Shown here: positions 29,001-35,933 of the stretch, piece after piece | How the letters are laid out: each line of letters opens with the position of its first letter | How positions within the stretch are numbered: position 1 is the first letter of the stretch | Assembly (NCBI GenBank): GCA_045047305.1 | Contig: JASFYO010000015.1 | Span: forward strand, 1 to 61,218 | Reading direction: 5' to 3' | DNA length: 61,218 nt | Source of the DNA: Planctomycetota bacterium | GTDB lineage: Bacteria; Planctomycetota; UBA1135 | Notes under the pieces: generated by a model | Databases searched by the model: none | What the model was told of the DNA's origin: nothing | The model's input: only the letters and a program-made list of their open reading frames with translations | Program-made: the position numbers and the translations under genes

Positions 29001-29238
29001 AGGGACCCCATCGATTCAAAGTCGCCTAGGTAGTGCAAGGTGGGGCGGATTTGGCAGCAGTCACGGCCCAACCCAAACTATGCGCCAGCAGGTGGAGCTT
29101 GCGCGCAGTGAATTCGCGAAACTTGGCGATGATTTGCAAAGGCTGGTAGAGGTAGAAGTTCCTCATTTAAAAGCGCAGGTTGATGCCGCTGGAGTGCCGT
29201 GGACCCGTGGCCGCGGATTACCCTCGTTTCCGCGATAA
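26008..29238 (+). CDS. Secreted VPS10/BNR (Asp-box) repeat beta-propeller protein
   Basis: Signal peptide; RSVGPALMSGRI; many S.D.G..W Asp-boxes; GGTQDN; RFNWDSP; C-terminal helical tail. Confidence 0.85.
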   Translation: MSLFLLTLFALIPFPAQEDAKESDTPKLDEGLLSAFEFRSVGPALMSGRISDLAIDPVNPNVWYVAAGSGNLWKTTNAGTTFEPIFEDYGSYSIGCVSLDPNNHNTVWVGSGEAVGGRHVGYGDGIYRSDDGGGSFRNMGLKESEHIAKIVVDPTNSDVIYVAAQGPLWSGGGERGLYKSEDGGENWFAILTAGDYTGVTDIVLDPRNTQVMYAAMHQRQRTVWALIDGGPESGIHKSTDGGATWTELSDGLPGEDMGKIGLAISPTDPDVVYATIELAGPSGGFWKSENAGASWSKQSDYAGGGTGPHYYQELFLDPHHPNTLYQANVQLGRTEDGGVTWNSVGNQNKHVDNHAVAFHPTDPNFLLVGCDGGLYVSYDRGKNYRFCSNLPLTQFYKLDVDNDWPVYNIVGGTQDNSTQYGPSRTLNRQGIRNSDWRIILGGDGHDNAIDPSNPDIIYGESQKGYIRRFDRRSGQSLDIRPQPAQGEDNFRFNWDSPILISPHNPARIYHGSNRLHRSDDRGDSWTTISPDVSKSLDRLTLKIMGRVWSLDALWDLRAMSMYGNITCISESPVQKDLLYIGTDDGRIQVSEDGGSNWRLVESIAEVPSTAFVNDIKADLFDADTVYAALDNHKVGDFAPYLVKSTDRGHTWTSIAADLPERHIVWRLVQDHVQPNLFFLGTEFGIFCSLDGAQSWKQMNGGLPHIPFRDLAIQRRENDLVGASFGRSFYILDNYAPLRELSESLVAQEIHTFAVKTAQLFVAGNELGGRRGAQGDSYYSADNPEFGATLRYYLKDGLESKKDLRKKEEGKAKKNGADTVYPGWDVLREEKSEEAPHLRMEILNDHGEVVARLEAPSGKGMQKVAWNLRATLNGGRGPMVPAGIYRSQLIRFDNGEPSLWGSPQSFEVVDIVAPTLPAVDPRATYAWRKEVAELQNTVSGSVRVLDAALEDVTAMKDAIRSGTHASLALASDLRAMELKLENLRRSITGDDLRTKRGHEGTPSIQSRLGSARWGGFGSSHGPTQTMRQQVELARSEFAKLGDDLQRLVEVEVPHLKAQVDAAGVPWTRGRGLPSFPR

Positions 29239-29318
29239 TTAGTGAGGTATCCGAGGAGGTTTTGGCGGATATACTGCGCCTGTTCGATCTCCTCGCAACC
29301 CCTTTGCGGACTGACACT

Positions 29319-31103
29319 GTGCATACTTTCCACATACCCGTCATGGCTACGGGCTTTACCATTGATACCCCGCTGAAGGTGGCGCGCTTTGGCATCGCCT
29401 CGGTAGTTTCGATGGTGGACGACGTTCTCATCGAACAGGTGCGTCAGCGCTTGTGTAATGAAAACGGCAAAGCCTTCGAACCGATTGGAAATTACGATAC
29501 CGATGCGCGCGCAAGGCGTATCACCGCCTACCTAGATTTGCTGAATGAGTTAGTGCAGTCACAGATGGAGCGCTTGCGTCATGCCACCTTCGAGGCGGGG
29601 AGTGAGATTGCGCGTTACTTTGAGTTGCTGCCGACCTCGCCATTGCGCAATTTATATGAGCGCATGCTTGGAACGGAAGATGGTGCAAGTCGCGCGGAAA
29701 TGCAAAACTCATTACGCGCACTGATCAAACCGGGTCCAATTGATGTCAATATCATGACGAAGCTTGATCGAGATCATGATCGTCGCGGCCAAGAGTTTCC
29801 GGCAAACAGCTCTGATGCCTTGAGCGCATTGCGTGGCTTCATGAAAAGCTCCGTGAATGGCTCGGTGGTGTTGTCGGCTGGCATGAACCGACGCCTGTTT
29901 ACCTACATGTCGAAGTTTGAAGGCATGTTCCCTAACGCAGAAGGCCTCTTGAAGAAGCGCATCACTTTGAAGGTGAGCGATTACCGTTCGGCCTTGGTGC
30001 AAGGCAAGCAGATGGCAAAACTAGGCTTGCATGTTTCGGAATTTCGCGTGGAATCAGGCCTGAATTGTGGCGGACACGCATTTGGCGGCAAAGGCCAATT
30101 GATGGGCCCGGTGCTCGCTGAGTTCCAGCGCTGCAAGCAAACATTGTTCGAAACCTTAAAAACCATGCGCCAAAAAGCATGGGCGACCTTGGGCTTAACC
30201 GAGCAGTGTGGGGAGCCAACCCCGGCACGCATCACCGCGCAAGGCGGCCTCGGTTCCGCGCAAGAGGATCAGCTGCTGCGCGAACATTACGGGGTTGACG
30301 GCACCGGATGGGGCAGCGCATTCCTCTTCGTACCTAGCGTGGTCAACATCGATGCGGATAGTTTGCATCGCATCCAAGCGGCGACCGAACAAGACATCGA
30401 TCTCAGCCCCTCTTCGCCCCTGGGTGTTCCGTTTTGGTCTTTGCTGTCCTCCGCAAGCGAAACCACTAGGCGCCGACGCATCACCGAGGGCAAGCCCGGA
30501 AGCCAATGCCCCAAGGGTTTTCTTGCGGCAGATTCTGAATTCACGAATGCACCAATCTGTACTGCGAGCCGCGCTTTTCAAAAGCGCAAGCTGAAGCAGA
30601 TTGAAAGCGAATCTTTGACCGGTAAAGAGAAAATGGTGCAAGTGGAGGCGGTAGTTGCCAAGGCATGCATTTGTCATGACCTGGCAGGTGGGGCGACCTC
30701 TGTCATGGGCATTGACGACGACGTGACAACCTCGGTGTGTTGCGGACCGAATGCTGCATACTTTCAGAAGACCACAACACTCGATGGCCTCGTGGCGCAT
30801 ATTTACGGACGCGCAAATCTTCCGCTGCGTGAAGGACGTCCGCACATGATGTTGAAGGAGTTGTCTCTGAACATCGATTTTCTGCGTCGCGATATCGCGC
30901 GATATAAGGAAGACTTATCGGACCGCCTCGCCAAGAGCATCCAGGGCTGTCGCGAAAACCTTGAAAATGGTTTCGAACATTACCGCGAGTTAGCCAGCTC
31001 AATTGTGGCGCAAAACCGCGAAGCTTTTGTAAAGCGGCTGGAGGTCATTCAGCAGGAATTCTCCGAGATGATGGCTTCAAGCCCGTTACGCCTCGAGGTG
31101 TAG
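29319..31103 (+). CDS. Conserved hypothetical protein, probable FMN TIM-barrel (nitronate monooxygenase/FabX-like) with a Cys cluster
   Basis: Long coding-like ORF; VLSAGMN, ESGLNCGGH, ITAQGG, GTGWGSAFL, SPLGVPF, CICHDL, CCGPN. Start GTG 29319 inferred (HTFHIPVM). Confidence 0.55.
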   Translation: MHTFHIPVMATGFTIDTPLKVARFGIASVVSMVDDVLIEQVRQRLCNENGKAFEPIGNYDTDARARRITAYLDLLNELVQSQMERLRHATFEAGSEIARYFELLPTSPLRNLYERMLGTEDGASRAEMQNSLRALIKPGPIDVNIMTKLDRDHDRRGQEFPANSSDALSALRGFMKSSVNGSVVLSAGMNRRLFTYMSKFEGMFPNAEGLLKKRITLKVSDYRSALVQGKQMAKLGLHVSEFRVESGLNCGGHAFGGKGQLMGPVLAEFQRCKQTLFETLKTMRQKAWATLGLTEQCGEPTPARITAQGGLGSAQEDQLLREHYGVDGTGWGSAFLFVPSVVNIDADSLHRIQAATEQDIDLSPSSPLGVPFWSLLSSASETTRRRRITEGKPGSQCPKGFLAADSEFTNAPICTASRAFQKRKLKQIESESLTGKEKMVQVEAVVAKACICHDLAGGATSVMGIDDDVTTSVCCGPNAAYFQKTTTLDGLVAHIYGRANLPLREGRPHMMLKELSLNIDFLRRDIARYKEDLSDRLAKSIQGCRENLENGFEHYRELASSIVAQNREAFVKRLEVIQQEFSEMMASSPLRLEV

Positions 31104-31393
31104 AGTTCATAAGCACTATGCACTGGCCATTTCCGGCGCCCTCAGCTAGAACGTGATACCGCCCAGAGGATCTTAGTAGGCAAAGCTGGGCACCTTCACT
31201 TGGCCGAGGGGAAAGTCAAGTCAGTCTTGTTAAAGGTTCCGTTGGTGACTTCGTGAGTGGGCCTATGAACCCCCAGAAACAGGCCTTCGATTCACCATTC
31301 AATTCGTCGATGGAGTGTTTCAGGTCATCCGCCTATCTCGCAACGGCGTAGAAAAGCTTCTCTTTCGTCGCGTAGAAACGAACTAGCGGACGC

Positions 31394-31756
31394 CTAAATC
31401 CACTCTTGATCCACCACGGTGCGGTCAGAAACAATTGAGCCCGTGTGGCCAGTCCCCGCGGGCTCGATGAGTAGGACACTCGCACCATTGGGTGCAATCG
31501 GTAGGTGCTCCATACCGCGGGGCACAATCAGCATCTCACCGACTTCCAGCACCACGTCATCGCGGTCGCGAAAGCGTATGGTTAAGGCCCCCTCGAGGAG
31601 TAAGAACATCTCGTCTTCCTCATCGTGGGTGTGCCAAAGGAATTCACCTTCCAACTTGGCAAGTTTCACTTCCTGGCCATTAAGGGTGCCCACAATTTTT
31701 GGCGTCCAGGTTTGAGAAAACAAATCAAGCTTCTGCTTTAGATTGACTTTATCCAT
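31394..31756 (-). CDS. Cupin-domain protein
   Basis: GEFLWHTHDEEDEMF...GEMLIVPRGMEHLP; SD GAGGAG upstream. Confidence 0.88.
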   Translation of the reverse strand: MDKVNLKQKLDLFSQTWTPKIVGTLNGQEVKLAKLEGEFLWHTHDEEDEMFLLLEGALTIRFRDRDDVVLEVGEMLIVPRGMEHLPIAPNGASVLLIEPAGTGHTGSIVSDRTVVDQEWI

Positions 31757-32468
31757 CGTCATCCTCCTCCAATGCGCCTTCTACGCGTAAAACTAAGATT
31801 GCCTCCCATGCGGCGCGGCGCTCAGCTTCCTTCTTGCTGGCTCCCCACGCTGCAGGAAAGGTGCGCTTGCCAACTTCGGCAGCGATTTGAAAGGCCTGGG
31901 TTTCTGGGTGTTCATGAAAGTCCACCAACATATAGCGCGGCACCGAACCTTGTTTGACTTGTGCCCAGTTTTGCAAAGTCTGTTTGGCTTGGGCGCGCGC
32001 AAAGTTCTCCGGCAAGCAGGCGAGGTCATGTCGCAGCCAGCCAATCACTAAACGTTGGCAAATTGGCAAAACTGAATCTGCGGGGCAATCCTGATATACC
32101 GCACCGAGCAACGCTTCGAGTGTATTCCCAAACAGCGAGCGTGGCAGACTTCTGCGTCCGCGTAAGTTGCCGCCACTTCGAATCCAGCGCTCCAGCCCTA
32201 GGCGTTCCCCGATGCGGGACAAGGTGGATCTCGCTACGAGCAGGGATTTCCACTCAGTGAGACGGCCTTCACGCACCTCAGGGTAGTCGGTGAAGAGGAA
32301 GTCGCTAACTACCAGATCCAAAACGGCGTCACCCAGAAACTCCAGCCTCTCATTGTGATTTTCCTGCACGCTGGCATGGGTCAACGCGAGCTCCAATAAC
32401 TGGGCATCGCGAAAGCGGTAGCCCAGGAGGTCCTCAAGGTGGCGCAAGGCAAGTGTTTTAGCCGACAT
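31749..32468 (-). CDS. rnc: Ribonuclease III
   Basis: ALTHAS, NERLEFLGDAVL, EALLGAVYQD, dsRBD AKQTLQ...GASKKEAERRAA. Confidence 0.93.
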   Translation of the reverse strand: MSAKTLALRHLEDLLGYRFRDAQLLELALTHASVQENHNERLEFLGDAVLDLVVSDFLFTDYPEVREGRLTEWKSLLVARSTLSRIGERLGLERWIRSGGNLRGRRSLPRSLFGNTLEALLGAVYQDCPADSVLPICQRLVIGWLRHDLACLPENFARAQAKQTLQNWAQVKQGSVPRYMLVDFHEHPETQAFQIAAEVGKRTFPAAWGASKKEAERRAAWEAILVLRVEGALEEDDDG

Positions 32469-32587
32469 CGTCTTGGATTCTAACCAATGCGCCGAGGAAG
32501 CAGGCTTCTGGGCTTGAGTCCCTCGGCCGAAACGCGACAATGCCTTATGGCCGCCTTCGGCCGCACGCCCCCCGAACCGAAAACCGC

Positions 32588-33370
32588 ATGTTGCTCAAAG
32601 GAAAAAAGGGACTCATTTTTGGAGTCGCCAACGAACACAGTCTGGCATGGCATATCGCCAAGGAAGCCCACGCCCAGGGTGCCGAGCTGATTTTGTCCGT
32701 GGCTAGTGAGCGATTTTTGCGCAAGGTCGGTCCACTCGCCGAAAGGCTTGGAGCCCCCACGCCGATTATCTGCGATGTCTCGGATGACGATGCCATCGCC
32801 AAGGCCTTTGCTGAGATTGGCCGGGTCATGCCTAAGGTAGACTTCCTTTTACACGCGATCGCAACGGCAAAGAGAGAAGATTTGCAGGGCCGTTTCGTTG
32901 ATACTTCGCGCGATGGATTTAGCCTTGCGCACGATGTCTCTACCTACTCTTTTCTTGCGCTTTGCCGTGCAGCCGAACCGCTGTTGCAACATGGCGCATC
33001 GTTGCTCACGCTTTCTTACTTGGGCGCAGTGCGCGCAGTGCCGTCCTATAACGTGATGGGTGTTGCCAAGGCGTCGCTTGAATCGAGCGTGCGTTACTTG
33101 GCAAATGATTTTGGGCCGCTGGGCATTCGCGTCAATGCAATCAGCGCAGGCCCGGTAAAAACTCTGTCCGCTTCAGTGGTGAAAGGCTTCAAAGACAAGG
33201 TTGATATCCAGCAAGTGGCTGCACCGTTGCGCAGAAACGTAACCGGTGAAGATGTGGGTAAAGCAGGATTGTTCTTGCTGAGCGACATGGCGTCCGGTGT
33301 CACCGGAGAAATCTTGTACGTCGATTGTGGCTACAACATCATGGCTGACTTCATCACCCGCGAGGTCTAG
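32588..33370 (+). CDS. fabI: Enoyl-ACP reductase
   Basis: GVANEHSLAW, YNVMGVAKASLE, RVNAISAGPVKTL, TGEILYVDCG. Confidence 0.95.
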   Translation: MLLKGKKGLIFGVANEHSLAWHIAKEAHAQGAELILSVASERFLRKVGPLAERLGAPTPIICDVSDDDAIAKAFAEIGRVMPKVDFLLHAIATAKREDLQGRFVDTSRDGFSLAHDVSTYSFLALCRAAEPLLQHGASLLTLSYLGAVRAVPSYNVMGVAKASLESSVRYLANDFGPLGIRVNAISAGPVKTLSASVVKGFKDKVDIQQVAAPLRRNVTGEDVGKAGLFLLSDMASGVTGEILYVDCGYNIMADFITREV

Positions 33371-33382
33371 CCCGAGGGGCTG

Positions 33383-34159
33383 ATGAAAGCAGTTCTGTGC
33401 CTCGGCGGTAGCGACCCATCGATGGGCGCCGGTGTGCAAATGGATACTGCAGTTTGTCGCGCTCTCGGAGTTGTGCCGCGCGTGGTGGAAACCATGTTCA
33501 CTCAACAAGGCGAGCTTGGATTGGAGAGTGTGGAGCTACGCGACATGGTGGATATTGCACATGACATCCTCCATACTTTGGATGATGGAGTGCAAGCCAT
33601 CAAAATTGGCGCGCTTGGTGATGCGCGTATTGTCGAAGCCGTGGCGGCCGCCCTGGAACCCTGGCACGATGCCATTCCGATTGTTCTTGACCCCGTCGCC
33701 GCAGCATCTAAAAGCAAAACCGAGGTCTACCTCAATACCCGTGAAGGCGTTCGATTGATGGAAAGCACCCTGTTCCCACTGGCTGCCGTCGTCACTCCAA
33801 ACTTGCTCGAATATGGCAATGGTGAGCGTTATCAGAATTGTCAGGCGATTCTGCGCAAAGGCGGCCACACTGACACCTTCGCTGAGATGGAAGGCCGCGG
33901 GCCCTCGAAATGGTTGGCGGACGTCCTCGAACTAGAGAATGGCGATTCCTTTGAGTACCGTCACACTCGCGTGCTTGGTGGCCAACACTTGCACGGTACT
34001 GGTTGCGCACTGTCTACTGCGATTGCATGTGGATTGGCCAATGGCAACACTTTGTCTGAAGCCTGTCATACTGGAATCGGCGCCTTGCAAGTGTGGATTA
34101 AGGCTGCGATGGAGGGCGGGCATGATCTTCGTCCGATTCCTCCATCCTCAAGCTCATAG
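33383..34159 (+). CDS. thiD: Hydroxymethylpyrimidine/phosphomethylpyrimidine kinase
   Basis: GGSDPSMGAGVQMD, AIKIGAL, VLDPV, VTPNLLE, KGGH, HGTGCALSTA. Confidence 0.85.
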   Translation: MKAVLCLGGSDPSMGAGVQMDTAVCRALGVVPRVVETMFTQQGELGLESVELRDMVDIAHDILHTLDDGVQAIKIGALGDARIVEAVAAALEPWHDAIPIVLDPVAAASKSKTEVYLNTREGVRLMESTLFPLAAVVTPNLLEYGNGERYQNCQAILRKGGHTDTFAEMEGRGPSKWLADVLELENGDSFEYRHTRVLGGQHLHGTGCALSTAIACGLANGNTLSEACHTGIGALQVWIKAAMEGGHDLRPIPPSSSS

Positions 34160-34272
34160 CCTTAAGGGTGTGGGCCCAAGCTGTTCATGTACAGCAGTGA
34201 AATAACCTAGATTTATTGTAATCGGCACAGCCTTTCCCATAAGGTGGAGCAGGGAAAATCTTCCCCGCCATC

Positions 34273-35394
34273 ATGATGCCCAATAGACTGTTTTTTTACC
34301 CTTGCGTGTTCGCTTGCAAGGCGTCCCTTAGTTTTGCGGCGCAGTTTGAGAGCGACGATTTTTATGAAGAAATGGAAGTTCCCGAAATCCATTTGCGTAT
34401 TTTTGGAGATTTAGGTGCAAGTTACGAAAGCCCAGATTCCTTGAGCAATGGTGGATTCGGTTTTGGCTCTATGGACTTTGTCGTTACCGGAACGATGGGC
34501 GACAACCTTATGTTCTTTTCGGAGACTCTCATCGAAGGTGCTGGCGAAGATACCATTGGCTTGGATCAGGAGCGAGCTTGGGCCATGTGGAGTGCCTCAG
34601 ATTTCTTCTATGTAAAAATGGGAATGGATCACACGGTGGTTTCCTATTGGAATCGCACCTATCACCATGGGAAGTGGCTGGAAACCACAATTAACCGACC
34701 ATTTCTGGCAACCTTCGAAGACGATGGCGGTGCGCTCCCTATGCACTACGTTGGCATTGAGACCGGCGGTTTATGGGAATCGAACAGTGGGGAATTAGAC
34801 TGGACCGCCATTCTTTCCAATGGTCGCGGCCCAGATATCGACAATCGTCAACGGGTGAGTGATTCCAACGACTCGAAAGCTCTTGCGCTTTCCTTGGCTT
34901 TCACGCCGGCCGCTTTGGACGGACTTACTTTTGGAGTGAATGGGCAAACCGATTTGATCCCGCCAGATCCAACCAGGGCGGCTCGACTTGGAAACATTTC
35001 AGAAACGATTTACGGACTCTTTGCTGTTTATGATTGCGATAAATCCGGAACCGAGTGGATTGGCGAGTGGAGTACGGTGACTCATGACGACGCGGTTAGC
35101 GGAATCACTTTCGATAACACGCTCGCTTACCTTCAGGTTGCCCTCCCATATGAGGTCTGGACTCCCTACACCCGATTCGATGTGATGAACATGGATATGG
35201 GGGACCCGTACTTGTCTGCAATGGATCAAGACCTCGATCGGTGGCAGCAAACCATTGGCTTGCGCAGGGAGATTGCTGTAGGGGCGGCCCTGAAATTCGA
35301 AGTTGGATTTGGCCGTGGTGAAGTGCGAGGCACCAGTGGCGTGAGTAAAAACGACATCATTACCGCGGCTCTCCAACTATCCTGGACCTTTTAA
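34273..35394 (+). CDS. Outer-membrane beta-barrel / porin-like protein
   Basis: Signal-like N-terminus, alternating amphipathic strands, YWNRTYHHG motif, C-terminal QLSWTF (terminal Phe). Confidence 0.7.
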   Translation: MMPNRLFFYPCVFACKASLSFAAQFESDDFYEEMEVPEIHLRIFGDLGASYESPDSLSNGGFGFGSMDFVVTGTMGDNLMFFSETLIEGAGEDTIGLDQERAWAMWSASDFFYVKMGMDHTVVSYWNRTYHHGKWLETTINRPFLATFEDDGGALPMHYVGIETGGLWESNSGELDWTAILSNGRGPDIDNRQRVSDSNDSKALALSLAFTPAALDGLTFGVNGQTDLIPPDPTRAARLGNISETIYGLFAVYDCDKSGTEWIGEWSTVTHDDAVSGITFDNTLAYLQVALPYEVWTPYTRFDVMNMDMGDPYLSAMDQDLDRWQQTIGLRREIAVGAALKFEVGFGRGEVRGTSGVSKNDIITAALQLSWTF

Positions 35395-35399
35395 GAGCG

Positions 35400-35933
35400 T
35401 TGCTTGTGAACCCTACCTCCCTTCCATTTAGGCTACTTCTCTCCAGCTTGTTACTGCTTGCAACAGCAGCCTTCCTCCCGAAACCAGCGCAAGCTTCCTT
35501 TGCGGATGGGGTGGAATACGCGGTAATTGTGAACCCCACTCAGAATCTCAATTCTTTAAGTCAGCGGGACTTAAAGAAGTACATGGAGTTAGATCGCCGC
35601 TATTGGCCAAATGGGAAACGAGTGACTCTTTTCCAGCGTAGCGCCAAAACAGATTTGCAGAAGTTTGTACTGGATAAGGTGTATCGAAGCTCGGAGAAAT
35701 CTTTGCGCAAGCATTTCGTGTCCTTGATGAACCGAGGCAAGATTCCAGCACTCCCCTCGGTGGTGCGAAAGTCGGATACCTTGTTGCGCTTGGTCTCTAA
35801 GAAAAAGGGAGCGATTGCCATCATTCTCGAATCAGAAGTGACGGATCAGGTGAAGGTCCTTGCTATCGACGGGAAAAAACCTGGTGACGTTGGTTACTTA
35901 TTGCAGGTTCCGCCGGCAGACTCCGCTCGATGA
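35400..35933 (+). CDS. Small secreted PstS/PBP-like single-domain protein
   Basis: Signal peptide ending AQA; AVIVNP...LS..DLKKY...WPNG...VSKKKGAIA...VKVLAIDG. Confidence 0.7.
   Translation: MLVNPTSLPFRLLLSSLLLLATAAFLPKPAQASFADGVEYAVIVNPTQNLNSLSQRDLKKYMELDRRYWPNGKRVTLFQRSAKTDLQKFVLDKVYRSSEKSLRKHFVSLMNRGKIPALPSVVRKSDTLLRLVSKKKGAIAIILESEVTDQVKVLAIDGKKPGDVGYLLQVPPADSAR

Noticed and set aside
32100..32140. RNase III has GNTLEA where ADxxEA is usual
   Set aside because: The main signature ERLEFLGD and the Glu are intact; a single Asp-to-Asn change is not enough to claim inactivity.
34223..34237. Sigma-54 promoter upstream of the porin triad (CGGCAC-N5-TTCC)
   Set aside because: The -12 GC is CC. 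Similar candidates near 59634 and 59761 have wrong spacing by one base.
35400..35933. Phosphate ABC transporter PstS
   Set aside because: About half the size of PstS, and no pstCAB adjacent.
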